Source of the DNA: Ionaspis alba
Lineage: Eukaryota
Length of the DNA stretch: 64,000 nucleotides
Assembly (NCBI GenBank): GCA_964255285.1
Contig: CAXUUL010000008.1
Coordinates: 1-64,000, forward strand
Direction: 5' to 3'
Position 1 is the first letter of the stretch. Every line of letters begins with the position of its first letter. Positions 38,748 to 53,347 of this stretch are shown here, in pieces. A program made the translations under genes and the position numbers. The notes beneath the pieces are model-generated. The model saw only the letters and a program-made list of their open reading frames with translations. It was not told the origin of the DNA and did not search any database.

Positions 38748-39631
38748 CGCAGCAGGCTTGAGCGGGAGGGAATGGCGAAGGATTGAGCTACATCGATTCA
38801 ACGACAGTACAGTAGACTCTTGGCTTGAATAATTCTTCTTCTCTATCATCGACTAAGGCATACTTGGGGCTTTTAGGGAACTATCTGGTTCACTCGTGCA
38901 GGAATATGTTGGCGTACGAATTGTCTTGTCCACCGACAGATCGAACGTTGATAGGTAGGTAGAGTTGTAGCATGTGATGTGCCGATTACATATTTCTCAG
39001 TCAACCACTAACAAGAAGCGCTAAACGCGGAAATCCCAAGCATAGTTGGATTTCTTTGGGTGGGAGCAACAACCACTCACTCGCTTCTTGGAACGGCCAA
39101 TTGACTCCGCACTGAACCAGAATTTCGCAAAGGATCTTGGGTATCACACGATTGACAAATAAATGATACGCCAAGCAAGATATTTAGCAGGCTCACCCAT
39201 TAACTCCCCTAAAACACAGAGATCTTAGGTGGCACGCAATGGGGAGCTAACCAGTCGTAAATATATAATGGGAACACCACTTTTTGGTGTATCGTTTATT
39301 TTGTCCACCGCGTGGGTATTTGCAGGGCATGTACATCATATGCGCTGGCACTTTAACTAGAATCCGACGGTTGAGCAAGGTCGGGGCAGTTCTGTATGCC
39401 TCCTGCAGCTTTGCGGCGGAAGCATTCGTGGCACAGAAAAGTGATGTAGTGGACGACGAACTACCTGCAGCAGACTCTAATACCCATCTACTTAAACAGG
39501 GCGCCCCACTTTCAACATATGTGCAGTTATATGGAGGGCGACTTCGCCACTTTTCTCTGACTTTCATCTACAACTCGGAGGTGCTTTCCCTGTGACTCTA
39601 TCGAGCTCTTAAAGCGTTCGAGCTGCCCAGC

Positions 39632-41722
39632 ATGGAGATGAACTATGATGAGAATGTACGAGTCCAAGAGGATAGTTGACACATGTGATAAGCACTGATT
39701 CGTATTGTCTTGTATCAAGCATCTTCATCAACTGGAAGACGAGCTCAACGTTGAGATCCTTCCTGGAACAGAGATCATGATAGATGCTGGAGCACACCAA
39801 TTCATCAGGTCGTCTGCCAAATCAGACGAGGTGCTTGTACCTCAGCCGAGTGGCGATCCACACGATCCGCTGGTACGAGCAATGCCTTCAAGCGCCCTTC
39901 TGTGCTGGTAGGCCTTGCTGATGTTTGGTGCCTCGGGGCTTCCAGAATTGGAATCCCTTCTGGAAGTTCTCGACGATAGCGTGTGCTACAGCGGTGACTT
40001 TCTCTCAGGGCATGGGCCCATTGGCGCTGGCGCCCATGTTTCCACAGCTCATGGAAGCGTTCGACACAGACTTGGCGGGAGTGGTGCAATTCACAGGTGT
40101 TTGTATCTTGGTACTAGGTTTCAGCAATTTCATATGGTACGTTCTCCTCACTAGAATGTGGTGTATATGACCAAAGCCAATGAGGACTTGCACGACTATG
40201 AATTTCAAAACCTGATTCAGATTGCAAGGGTTCCAATCAGCACCTCTTTCGGTCGTCGACCGGTTATGCTACTCTCGACGCTCATGTGCTTGGCAAGCAA
40301 CATCTGGCGAGCTAAGGCCCAGACTTATAGCAGCTTCATGGGTGCCTGTGTGCTGAATGGTATAGGAGCTGGCCCAGCTGAAGTGAGATGTAGAGATACG
40401 CGCAATGGTTGAGGTTACTAACAAGAGTCAATAGACCTTGCAGCCTGCTATCATCACCGATGTCATGTTTCTACGTGATAGAGGAGCGTACAATACGCTA
40501 TACTTTGCCTTCTACTTTGGCTGCCTCATGGTAAGCCTTTCTCCAGGTTGTGAAGTCTATCGATTGAGCTCGCAATAGATTGGACCCATAATTGCTGGAC
40601 CTATGGCCGACCACACCGGCTGGCGCAACTTCTGGTGGTTCAACGTCGCATTGTTCGGCCTCGTTTTCCTCGCCTGTCTGTTTGGTTTCCCAGAGACGAG
40701 ATGGCACCGCGTACACCCTGGTGAAATGCGGGCCAGTGGAGTCGTGGCTGCACAGACATCGTCTCCAGTAAATCGTGCAACCCTTGATTCTAAAGTGGAG
40801 AAGGGAGGCACTCTGGCGCATTCTGATACACCGTCCCAAACCGTTGCCGAAGTGCATGACCCCTACCTTGGAAAAGGGGCTCCGAGCAAGCAGCAATGGA
40901 GATTCTACCAACCAAATGCACATCCTTTCCGGATCATGGCCATGGACCTCTGGGTTCCTTGGAAGTTGTTCACCTTCCTGATCGTCGAGTTCGCCTCTTT
41001 CGTGGTATCCTGGAGCGCTTCGGCATTACTGACGATCAATCTCACGCAGTCAGAAGTCTTTGCTGCACCGCCTTACGACTTCTCCTCGGAATCTATTGGG
41101 TTCATGAATTTTGCCCCTTTGGTAGGAGCCCTCATCGGTCTCTTCACGGCCGGACCGCTGTCCGATTGGACAAGTATGCAGGCTACCAGACGAAATAAGG
41201 GCATCCGGGAGCCGGAGATGAGGCTGCCAACGATGATTCCGTATGTGTTGATTATGCTGTTAGGGAACTTCATTACTGCTTTTGGATACCAATACAGTTG
41301 GGACTGGCGGGTGAACTCTCAATTTTCTCCTCTCTGGCCCCTCATCACCACCTCGATCGAATCCGCCATCGCGATGCATGAGCATGGCTAACGGGTCTTC
41401 AAAACAGGTCATCGTCATCCTAGGCTATACCTGTACTGGCATTCAAGTCGCAGCTCTTCCAGCCATCGCCTCAACTTATGCCGTCGATTCCTATAAACCG
41501 GTAGCAGGCTCTGTCTTCGTAAGCATCACCGTGAATAAGAATGTCTGGGGTTACGGATTCTCTAAGTTCATTACTCCATGGATCATCAGGAGTGGGTACC
41601 TACCCCCGATTATGACAAATATGTCATTGATAACGTTATGGTGCTTGTTTGGCACTGTGATGTGGTACTTTGGGAAGACGTTCCGGAGGTGGACAAAGCA
41701 TAGTCCAGTGCATCGCATGTGA
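39632..41722 (+). CDS. MFS transporter, multi-exon
   Basis: ILPGTE, LVPQPSGDPHDPLNW, FGRRPVML (motif A), GWRNFWW, FPET, REPEMRLP, TYAVDSY. About 12 hydrophobic segments. Confidence 0.9.
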
Positions 41723-42332
41723 GGCTTGAGCTCGGATTTGTGAGTTGTCTAGGTCGTCTGCCCAGACTAAGGACCGTGCTGAGCTTGGCTAGCCAAGGAA
41801 ATGACTCAATGCTATATTCTAGTTGTATTCAGATTTCGGAACCCAAGGCTTGCGATCGTAGATGGGTAACGGTCATGGATTATGCTCGGAATCTATCGCG
41901 TTTCTAACTCGGTGGCCCTCTTGTTCATACTTCTAAGTTCCGGAGCAACGTCTTGCAGAGCCTTGCTGTGCTTCGATTCAGCTTGGATGAGTCGAATAAA
42001 GGCTTAATCAGGCATCCATTGCGAACTTAATGTTCGTCCAGTGACCGTAACACTTTCACCACACCACAATGTTCTCACTTCCTGAACGGGCATGAATCCT
42101 TAAGAATAAACTAGAATGCTTTATTATCGTGGAAGCTCTCCCAGAACCTCTCATGGATGAGCCTTTTCTTCGTCGACTCGCGCCGTGTTGCTTCCATCTG
42201 TCACTTCACAAATACAGAGGACCTGCCGATGGGGCGCTTCAAATAATACACGACCAGGTTTTCATTTTCAGGATTTCTGGCAGTTAAAGTAATTGATCAT
42301 GGCGTGGACAGCTTCCATTGATATTGACGTGG

Positions 42333-42403
42333 TAAGGCTAGCCTTATGATGCGGAAGCACGCATTTTAAGGTTAGCTTTGCAACGCGACTCGGATGTAAA
42401 CAA
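42333..42403 (+). promoter_or_regulatory. Candidate top2 promoter elements: 14-bp perfect palindrome, MCB-like ACGCGA, forkhead-type GTAAACAA
   Basis: TAAGGCTAGCCTTA at 42333-42346, ACGCGA at 42383-42388 and GTAAACAA at 42396-42403, all within about 220 nt of the ATG. Function is inferred only. Confidence 0.3.
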
Positions 42404-42554
42404 TCAGTACCGCCTAGAAAAGAATAACATCATAATATCTCACGTTGACAATATGGCCGTATGACATGAAGAGAGGTGGCAAGATATTGTTCTACACCTA
42501 GTGCGCCTCTTGACATACCTCAGTCACTTATCACCCCACAGAGAACCCGCGAAC

Positions 42555-45500
42555 ATGGACGACTCTTTAATGGACTCGGTGTTCGATGATGAGCCAGCCT
42601 CTGACTTCGAGCCGAAGCCTGCGGTGGTAAGTTGGTTACGTGAAACCTCACTATCTGACAGCTTCCTTGAGCTGACATCACTTAGAAGACTAAAGCGAAA
42701 GCTGCACCCAAGGCTGCGCCTAAGAAAACTGCTGCTCCTAGAGTCAAAGCAGCACCCACAAAGATATCACAGACTACACTGAAAGCGAAAGCAAAGCCTG
42801 CAGCATCGAAGAAGAGACCGAAGCCAGGCACGGAGGATGAGGACGAGGGTTCAGCTCCAGACAACGATTCCGTCCATGACGACAGCCTGTTGTCAGCCAC
42901 ACCACCAAGTTCTAAGAAGCAGAAGAAAGCCATTGCACCCAGAAAAGTTCCAGGAAAACCACTTGGAACGATCGAGAACGAGGCTGCTACTTTTGACGGC
43001 ACCAGCGACCCGAAACCGAACAAAGGGCAATCTACTGAGCAGTATCAGAAGGTTAGCGGCATCCATTAGGGGAGGCCATACCATATACTGACCCTTTGAC
43101 CAGCTGACTCAACTTGAGCATATTATCAAGCGTCCTGATACCTACATTGGCTCGGTGGAGCGTAGTGAGAAGCACATGTGGGTATACAACAGCACTCTAG
43201 AGTCCATGGAGATGAGGGAAGTCAGCTATGTTCCAGGTCTCTACAAGATCTTTGATGAAATTCTTGTCAACGCAGCCGACAACAAAGTGCGCGACAAGAA
43301 CATGGACGTCATCAAAGTCACTTTGGACAGAGAGAAGGGGGAGATCAGTGTCTGGAACAACGGCCGCGGTATTCCTATTGAAATACATGAGGTTTGATCT
43401 GATTTCCGTGGTGAACGTACTGTCGCTAAGCTCTCTCCAGAAGGAGAAAATATACATACCGGAGATGATATTCGGTCATCTCCTCACCTCGTCCAATTAT
43501 GACGACGAGCAAGAAAAGGTCACGGGAGGACGTAACGGCTACGGAGCAAAGCTGTGTAACGTTTTCAGTACCGAGTTCACTCTGGAGACTGCGGACGCAC
43601 GATCGAAGAAGAGGTACAAACAGACCTGGACCGACAACATGACCAAGATGGGCAAAGCTTCGATAGTGGTAAACAAAGGGGATGACTTCACTAAAGTCAC
43701 TTTCACTCCCGACTTCAAGAAATTTGGGATGTCCGGGATCGACGACGACTTTGAAGCCCTTGTCAAACGGAGGGTGTACGATATTGCAGGTACTATTCGC
43801 GGGCTCAAGGTCTACCTGAATGGATCAGTGATCAAGCTGAAAGACTTCAAAAAGTACATGGAAATGTACACAAAAGCTATCAAGCTTGAAAGAGGCGAGG
43901 AGGCCAGAAACGATACGTCTGAAATCGTCGCCGAGAACCCTAATGCCAGATGGGAGATTGGATTCGCCGTCTCTGACGGGACCTTTCAGCAAGTCTCGTT
44001 TGTCAACTCCATTGCGACGATCTCGGGGGGTTCTCACGTCAACTACATTGCCGATCAAGTCTGCAACAAGCTCATGGATATTGTCAAGAAGAAGAACAAA
44101 GGGGGTGCTACGTTGAAGCCAGCCCAAATCAAGAACCACATCTTCCTCTTCGTAAACTGTCAGATCGTCAATCCCGCCTTTACCTCTCAGACCAAAGAGC
44201 AATTGACGACCAAGAGTAGCCAGTTTGGTAGTAAGTGCGTTGTTAGCGACGACTTCCTCAAAAAGATCGCCAAGACGGACGTTATCACCAATATTCTATC
44301 CTTCGCACAGCAAAAGGCAGACCAGATTCTGAAGAAGAGTGATGGTAACCGGCGCAGTCGAATGGACAACCCGAAACTCACTGATGCCAACAGGGCTGGC
44401 ACGAAAGACGGGTATCAGTGTACACTAATTTTGACCGAGGGGGATTCTGCCAAAGGTCTGGCTATGGCCGGTAGATCTGTTGTCGGCCCAGACCTGTTCG
44501 GCGTCTTCCCTCTTCGCGGAAAATTGCTGAATGTGCGAGATGCATCCGTGGATCAAGTCTCCAAGAACGTGGAAATTCAGAACATCAAGAACATCCTTGG
44601 CTTGAAACACAAGACAAATTACCTGGATTGCAAGAGCCTACGGTACGGGCACATTATGATCATGACCGATCAGGACCATGATGGATCGCATATCAAAGGT
44701 CTCTTGATCAATTTCTTACAAGTTTCGTACCCGAGCCTGCTTAAGATTCCGGAGTTCTTGATTGAATTTATCACGCCTATTGTCAAAGTATTCAAGGGCG
44801 ATCCCAAAGAACCTACGAAATCAAGATCATTCTTCACTATGCCTGAGTACGAGGCCTGGAAAGAAGAGCATTGGCACGAACGTGGTTGGGAGCACAAGTA
44901 CTATAAAGGGTTGGGTACCAGCACCACTGAAGATGCTCAAGTCTACTTTCGTGATCTCGACAAGCATCTTAAGGATTTCCATGTCATGCAGGAGAACGAA
45001 GCTGAACTCATCGAATTGGCGTTCTCCAAGAAGAAGGCGGATGAACGAAAGGAATGGCTTCGCCAATTTAAGCCTGGAACCTATCTAGACCACTCCACCA
45101 AGCGGATTACATATACGGATTTCGTCAACAAAGAGTTGATTCTCTTCAGCATGGCTGACAACTTGCGTTCGATCCCATCTGTCGTTGATGGGTTGAAGCC
45201 TGGGCAACGTAAGGTTTTGTATGCCTGCTTCAAGAAGAACCTTAAAAAAGACATGAAAGTTGTTGAGCTCGCGGGTTACGTCTCGGGCTTGACAGCCTAT
45301 CAGCATGGTGAAACATCTCTTCAACAGACGATTATTGGTCTTGCGCAAACCTTTGTGGGCTCGAACAATGTCAACTGCCTCGAACCCAGTGGCAACTTCG
45401 GTAGTCGGCTTCAAGGAGGTAGCGACAGTGCTAGTGCTCGTTACATCTACACCCGTCTCTCTCCATTTGCGCGACGGGTGTTCCACCGACTGGATGAACC

Positions 45501-47945
45501 AATTCTGAAGTACAATACCGATGACGACCATACCATCGAGCCTGAAATGTATGTACCGGTCGTTCCGATGGTCTTGATAAACGGTGCGGATGGCATCGGA
45601 ACCGGTTGGAGTTCCTCGATTCCCAACTACAATCCTGAAGATATCGTGAAGAACCTCAAGCTCATGATGAAAGGCGAAGAACCCAAGGTCATGACTCCAT
45701 GGTTCCGAGATTTCAAGGGGACAGTGACGCCGATGGGTCCGGATCGATATAAGTTCAGTGGGACCATTATTCAGACGGGTGATTCAGAAGTTGAGATTAC
45801 AGAATTGCCCATCCGTATGTGGACACAGGACTTTAAGGACAGGCTTGTCGATATCATCAAGGCTGAGAAGGGACCTTCTTGGATTAAAGATTATGACGAT
45901 TACAATACCCACAAGGCTGTCCACTTCGTCGTTCGTCTGGAGGACAAGCACATGAAGATTGCTTTGGAGGAGGGCCTCGAGGAGAAGTTTAAGCTGACTA
46001 GATCCATTGCGACCTCAAATCTTGTCGCTTTTGACGCCGAAGGAAGGATCACGAAGTACGCAACTGTTGAAGACATCTTGAAAGAGTTCTATCAAGTGCG
46101 ACTGAAGTTCTACACCAAGAGAAAGGTAAGCAACGGCAGTATTTCAACTTGATATCTACTAATGTCAATTAGGAATGGCAACTAGCCGAATTCGACAAGG
46201 AACTCGAAAAACTCTCTAATCAAGCCCGTTTCATACAGATGATCATTGATGGGAAGCTGGTGGTTGCAAGGAAGAAGAAGAAGGACCTGGTCGTCGAACT
46301 GAAAAGACTGGATTTCAAGCCCATCCCAAAGGTCGGCGATGCTTCGAAGGCAGGCGAAACAGAGCCGGTTCTTGAGAACGACGAGGGTGATGACGCAGAT
46401 GTTGAGACAGAAGCAAACGTCTATGATTACTTGCTTGGGGTAAGTATCGATTGCTGAGGTCTTCTACTTGGCGCTCGACTGAAGTGAATATAGATGGCCA
46501 TCTGGTCGTTGACCAAGGAGCGTGTTGAGAAACTTCTCAAACAAATCGGCGACAAAGAACTCGAAATTGATACTCTTATCAAGCTTAGCAAAGAGGATCT
46601 GTGGACCAAAGATCTCGATGAATTCATAACAGAATGGCGCTTCCAGCTGGAAGATGAGGCAAAGCGTCAAAAGAAGGCCGCCAGCCAAGGTCGTCGTGTT
46701 TCCTCGAAACTCAAGACTCAGATCAAGCCTATGGGTAGGAAACGGAAGAACGATGATTCGTTCTCAGATTCAGACTTCAGCTCGAAGAAATCCAAAAAGC
46801 CAGCTGTTGTCAAGAACGTTCAGCCGAAGGCAGCACCTTCTGCAGTGTCTAAACAACCTATACTGAGTACACTTTCGAATGGCAGTAAAACTTCAAAGCT
46901 AGCACCAGTCGCGAAACTAGCCGATGACGGGGACAAGGAGCTCTGGACCACGCTTGACGGAGCCGATGGGCCCAATTCGGACCACCCCGTTGCTCCAATC
47001 TTCGTAAAGACGAAAGCAGCGTCCAGGATCAAGAAGTCAGCGCTACCCAAGTCGGCACCAAGCAAGCCCACGGAAATGGAACCAGGCGGCGAGGATGAGG
47101 ACGAGCCACTAGTTCGTCCATCTGCTCCTACAGCCGGAGCTCGTGCCCCACGCGCTGCAGCGCGCAAGCCCATCAAATACACCAATCTTAGTGACTCAGA
47201 CTCGGACAATGGAGACGACATGCTTTTTGATGTAGGGAAGATGGTCAAAGGCATCGGTTCCTCTACCACTGATACCTCTACCACGACCCGTCCTCTTTTC
47301 TCCACTACAGCCAGTCTGTCCCGGCCTGGAAGCAGTGCTGGTTTCGTAGCAAGGAAGTCGATGGGCAAGGCTCCAGTCGATCTCGATAACACCGATGATG
47401 AGACCGACTACACGCGTCTGGCACCCGTCTCGAATGGCGGCAAGAAGATCATCGCCAGGTCGACCGTCCTATCCGATGACGACAACGGCGACGAGGGCAG
47501 CGACATCATGGTCGGTACCGTCAGATCTGCGACCATGCCGAAGACAAAATCCAGTGATAGGTCCGCAGCCAAAGCCTCCACGGTGAAAAATGTCCCTGCT
47601 CAGAGTGGGAAAGAGAAGAAACCCAACCCCTTGAGCCCGGCTGCCAAGGCCTATGCGGCAAAGCAGAAGGCACGTTCTACCTCCGTGCCTGCAGCAACAG
47701 CAAACGCGGCCTCGAAGAAGAAAGAAGGAGTGGACACTGATTCCAGAGACGAGCTTGAGAAGGTGGCGGACGAGATGCTGAGCGACGATGATGACGAGGT
47801 GGTCGCCGCGCCGCGATGGGTGAGAGCGACGAGAGCGGCAGCTACGAAGCCGAAGAAGTGGATTATAGAAGATGAAGACGATGAGGACGCCGAGGAGGAA
47901 GAAGATGATGATGTGAGTGGATTTGTTGATGACGAGAGCGATTGA
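42555..47945 (+). CDS. top2: DNA topoisomerase II, multi-exon
   Basis: EHIIKRPDTYIGS, KIFDEILVNAADN, GGRNGYGAKL, LILTEGDSA, FPLRGK, IMTDQDHDGSHIKGL, YYKGLGTS, DGLKPGQRK, catalytic ASARYIYT. Acidic C-terminal tail. Confidence 0.99.
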
Positions 47946-50900
47946 GCCGAGCAAATGCCGCCGCCCACCGAAACTCACTTGAGAACATCCGTGCTTTGCG
48001 CTCTGAATCCGAGAATGGGATATGACTTGATCAGTGTTTGCGAGTACCCATGGCAAGCTTTATCTTATCTCTAGTCGGCCGTGGCTTCGCAACATTTCGA
48101 ATGCTGGAGTAAAACTTTGGATATTGCTTACATGCTTCGATGATGTATATTTGACAGTGAAAACGCGGGAAACTAGCTGGCATGGCTTGGCTGATTTAGC
48201 AATTACACCTTCCAATTTGTTGATATGATCCTAGTGGACGAGTGAAGTAAAACCGTCGTACTGACACCTGTCTTCGGTATGGCTCGATTACCAGACTAAT
48301 ATTTCGTTTGCCTTTGATTGGTTCACCGTGGAATGACAATCTGATCGCTCTGCCCTCAGTCTATTTAGACGAAGGGCAGTTTGTGTCCAATTGCCACACG
48401 GACCATTCATTTGGCTACGCTCTTACACCATGGAAAGTAGTCAGGCAATGAAATAATTATCTGAACTCCTGGGCAATGTGCATTTCGAATAGTGGATAAG
48501 ATGTTGCCACCAACCTCCGGTTACTATTCATTTTGGTCTGAAATCTCACGACTCCTTCCACTCATCACCATTGTGGGACTGAGGTCTATACCCAAACATA
48601 GTCAAAAAAATCCCAGTATCTATGGTGCCTTTCAAGTACGCACAGTTGAATGAACGCCTAGCGAAAATTCTACTGCGGCTACGGCGGTGTGTCTTTTACG
48701 ATATGCCAGGCAATGTATAAAACAATAACACTGCGAAACATGACGGCTTTCCGAGAAACATTAAAGCACAGGCGAAGGCAATTATTTCCTATCTTTACAG
48801 AGGCGCATGCGAGCAACCCCGATTCCGTCTCATCACCATGATGAGTGTGAACGCGATGCTAGCTTCACATCGCAACATGGGATCATCTAGTACTATGGGA
48901 AGGGTTTCCGAGAAGTGTTGCAGTATGGCATTTTCTTCCTACCGTGGAAGTGTGCATGGGACCGAGGAGCAGTCTGTCCTATGAGTATGTCTGAAAGGTC
49001 GCGCGATATCTCGGTAGGCTACTAAACTCGTTATTTCTTGACTTGTGAGGATCGACCAAAGACGCGAGTCTACTGCCGTCATTGGGCAGACCTGAATCTC
49101 GGTCAAGGCGCTCGGCGGACGTTCCTGTATAGGAGTGACGCCCGAGGGGATGAGATCGCGGCGGACAGATTTCTCAATCCACTAGACAAAGTCGTGGGCA
49201 GCTACTTGAGAACACTCGGAGGAGGTACGGTAGTTGCCACCCGTGGAGTACTGCATTAATATGTGGAGACATTGACTAGGGTGGTGGAGCCACGTTTCGG
49301 TCATTAAGATGCTGGATAACAGGTTCGTCAGGAAGGAAAAGGCGTTTCATGCTGTTGCCTCGGAGAGTAGGACAGACTCGGACGGACGTGGGTAACTGCA
49401 TCATCGGAAAGGACAGACAGGGCTGCAGGAACATTGTACTGGAATACTGAAGTCGTCCACGACTAAAAGCCAAACAATAAACCAGGTCCACATGGATTGC
49501 GTGGCAGCGCTCGCACCTTATGTGGTCCAAGCTAAAGGCTTTTTTTAGCGCTGCTGTAATGTCGTGATGTCAGAAGTCCTTGCCGGTGGGAGCCTAGGAA
49601 ATACTTGGGCTAATGACAATTCTCAAGCTGCGGTATATCCTTGCCATCGGGTGTTGGTGTAATTTTAGTTGACCTTCGTTTTTGAAACCCCGTGTCTTTG
49701 CATAACGGCTTTGGCAAGCATGATCGGGGGACAACGACCCTCTTCCCGACACTTCCCATCTTATCATAGAACCCTGCAGGAAATTCAGTCCCAAAAGACA
49801 GAAAGAAGGCGCTGAGCTGACCGTAGGGGGATCATGATAGAACAGTGAATATATCAACTTTTTGTTCGACTGTCTGCTTGCCTGGATTTCCGTCAACATC
49901 ACACTGTTGACCGGACACTGGGTCTTAGGACAGGATTCATTTCATGAGACAGTAGGTGCCAGGTCCACTAGGTAGAAGATGTCCAGGTATCCAGGGAGAG
50001 GGAACTGCAAATGATCCAGAAAGTTCCCATACTCTCCCGTTCTGCCCAAAGTAGTATAAAAACTGTTGAGTCCAGATAGCCTTTTCCTCTTAGTACGGCG
50101 GTGTCGGGTTGCCGTAGTCGATGGTGGCTAGTGTTGATTTCGAAAATGGCGACTCCTGATAATAATTCATGGATAGTCAGGCCGGTCATCTAGTCCTGTA
50201 ATGCTGGTGCTTAGATATGCACGACTCCAGTCTCTATGCCTGATTGCAGAACGAGATACCGGAAACTCACCGACAACCGAACCAAAAGAGATGTTCCTTT
50301 CGAAACCTTCCAGAAACCTTCTGGAAGGATCTGATCCACGTTCCTCTATGGACAAGAGAAAAGGTAGGGTTCAGCTTGGACCGCGGCGTCCGCCGGCTGC
50401 TCACATCCAGAAGCACGAGAATCAACAGAGCGGATCGGCTGTGAACGACAGCGACTAAACAGAAGAGATGTGTTGTTCGGATGAAAGCTGGAGAAGAGCT
50501 GAAAGAAAGGATCTGAAATTAGCGAGTTGCTGTTGCAGTTGTTTGGTGTTTGCGCTACTACAAAGAGAGAATCACATCTTAGAAGCATGTGGATGCTTCG
50601 TCAGGCTGCAGAACGGGCCTTCTTTTGCTGGTCCGCTCAGGTCGGGCACACGTGCATCGAGTCTCTCTACCTCTCTAAGAGACGTACCAGGTCACGTTTT
50701 CTTTGTCCTCACTGTTTTGACACCGGTAGCTTCCCGGACCTCCGTTCTGCAGCTATCCGATTGGACACAAGGCGAGCCAGCAGTCCAAAATCGAGGATAT
50801 CCAGAAGAAAGGCAGATGGTAAGCCTGACGATCTGAACAACACAGTCAGGCAGACAACACAACCAGTCATTCCCGCAATTAATGGTGAATTGTACCAGTG

Positions 50901-51912
50901 ATGGATAGGTGCCCAGGCAAAATGGGAAAGGTCTAGAGGAACGGGTCTCAATCAGAGTTGAATTCGCTGAAGATGCAGAGTGGCAACAAGACGGTGCTTT
51001 AGTAAGCGGATACTTGCTGGATTTGGTGAAACGGAGATACTGGGATACCTCGATGATCCACCATTCCCATTCAGAGCTTCTTACCGTTGCGGGAAAGGCG
51101 TGGTGCTTGCTCGGCTACCGGATGATATGCTTGTTGATAGGTCCCGTACCCTTCCATGAGGCGTCCCTGCTGAGCCAGAGTCTGGTGGGCGAGGGGTGGC
51201 TGTCATCGTGACCAATATCAATCGCGGCGTGGGCAAGCTTTGAATTCTTCCGCGGGCTTGATCGTATGCCAAAATAGTACATAGCAGGAACAATTTCTCC
51301 ATCGAACAATCTACCCAAGTATCTGTCTTGCCTCACCGCCGCGTACCTACCCTTATAGATTGCCTCGATAGATCCCCAGATCGCGCACTAAGAAGCAGCC
51401 TTGCGCTGGTGAAGACAAACAGATCCCAATCACCTTCGTCACCTGGGCGCGGTCTCTCCTCACCGCATTACTCATCCCAGACACATCTGAATATTTTTTT
51501 ACATCGCCATCTGCATTGATCCTATCAAAGAGAGGGACGGTGATCTGCGTCTGCATCGTTCTTCTTACCTTCTTCCCTCCCGCTCCACCGGAATAGTTCA
51601 CTATCGGGCTTGATCTCAAAGACAAGATCTTCACCTGGCTTTTGCGGATTACGACTCGTCGGTTTGCAGCTCTTCGTTGTTGAACTTGACGTGCTGAGGC
51701 TTTGCTAGAGCTTCGTGTTTGCCTAGATATAGAGAGCTCATTATCTTCGACCTCCGCGTTAGGTTTGAGCATACCTGGATCAAATTTCTTCTCCGACTCC
51801 GCTCAAAGGTTGGCAATATCTTTGGCATCTCTCATTCACACTGGCTGCTCGGGTTACACAGGACCTGGATTATCTGTTCGCTTCGCGCCCCGCGAGTCCT
51901 CGACAGACCACC

Positions 51913-53347
51913 ATGGTGTCTGTTGCCTCTCTGTTGAACCCAATTTCATCCGCAGATCCAGACTGCTACCAATTGCCAAGCCCCTGTTCGAGCAGGTACC
52001 GGTCAGAGGACAGTGCCCCACCAAATCCTCCATATAAGAAGCAGAAAATGTCCAAGGATGCAGCCATATTCGCACGCGGTAAAATCCAGGGCGAGGTGAG
52101 GTACCCTCCTTGCGAGGTACAAGATGAGAGAATTGCGGCAGAGCACCGCAAATTTCAGGTCTATCCTATAGGGCAGATTGCAGAATATCGACGGCACATC
52201 CCTTACAATAGTGAAAAGAAGTCATTCCTTGAGAAGACCGGTCGAGGAGCCTTTGAAGGTATGGTCTCAATGTCAGCACGACGAAGTCAATACTGACGAA
52301 ATACCAAAGTCTTCCAGTACACCTTCAAGGTGCCTCCCGAGGACCGAGCCTACACTGTAATGTGGGATTACAACGTCGGTCTCGTTCGCATCACCCCATT
52401 CTTCAAGTGCTGTCAGTATGCAAAGGTTCGTCCAGCGTCTGCTCACTAGCTTCTCCAATTCCGCTGACCGGTGTGCCGCAGACCATGCCGGCCAAGATGC
52501 TCAACAGCAATCCAGGGCTCCGGGAGATCTGCCACAGCATTACCGGTGGAGCACTGGCAGCACAAGGTAAGTACTGTCTCAACCGCTAGAGAAATCAAAG
52601 CTGATGCTGGCTCGAATAGGATACTGGATGCCGTTTGAAGCAGCTAAAGCGGTCGCTGCTACCTTTTGCTACCACATTCGATACGCACTAACACCGGTAT
52701 TCGGATTGGACTTCTTGAAACTCTGTATCAAACCAGGTGAAGAGGGTTTTGGCCACATGGTGATTGATGCCAATCTTGTGCGCAAGTGCACAGTGGAGGC
52801 CACCGAGTATCGTGCAATGTCACGGGAAGGCTCACTTGTGTCATCTCCATCGACACCAGAAGCTGCTTCGCCAAGCATCACGAAGTGGACGGCGAAATCA
52901 CTCCGGCCAAAGCAAGCTCGGCCGCTGGAGTCGGAAAGTGGATACTACACGGACACAGATCGGAGTGACCAGTGCAACTCGTCTCCGCATACCACCTTTG
53001 ACTGGACGGCTTCGGACGCGCCAAGGTCTATCAACCAGCAATTCAGAATGATGCCTAGCCAAAGATCATTGACAGACGGCTGTGCCAAGCGTAGCTGCGG
53101 TGGACCGCCCAACTCCCCGGACAGCTCCAGCAGTGAAGAGCATCATAAGACTGTAGGGAAGGCAGTCAGGAGCAATGGGAATAACGATGACCAGAAGACT
53201 GCTCCTAACGGCCCACCGCTGTCAAAGCGCAAAAGGAGATCGACGATATCTACCAAAGACACGCGAGCAGCATACCTGCTCATGCAGTTGCATTTCGCTG
53301 ATGCGTCTTTGAAAGACAGCTCGAAGAGACGCCGTGCGTCTTCCTAG
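51913..53347 (+). CDS. XBP1: APSES/KilA-N transcription factor, Xbp1-like, 4 exons
   Basis: [95 protein letters not shown]. Confidence 0.85.

Noticed and set aside
33502..41722. Enoyl-reductase-like gene and MFS transporter as a secondary-metabolite cluster
   Set aside because: No PKS, NRPS or terpene backbone gene and no Zn2Cys6 regulator in the window; the two genes are separated by a housekeeping Rab-GAP.
46820..48056. Long antisense ORFs over the top2 C-terminus, and similar shadow ORFs over other genes
   Set aside because: These are shadows of GC-rich, low-complexity coding sequence on the opposite strand.
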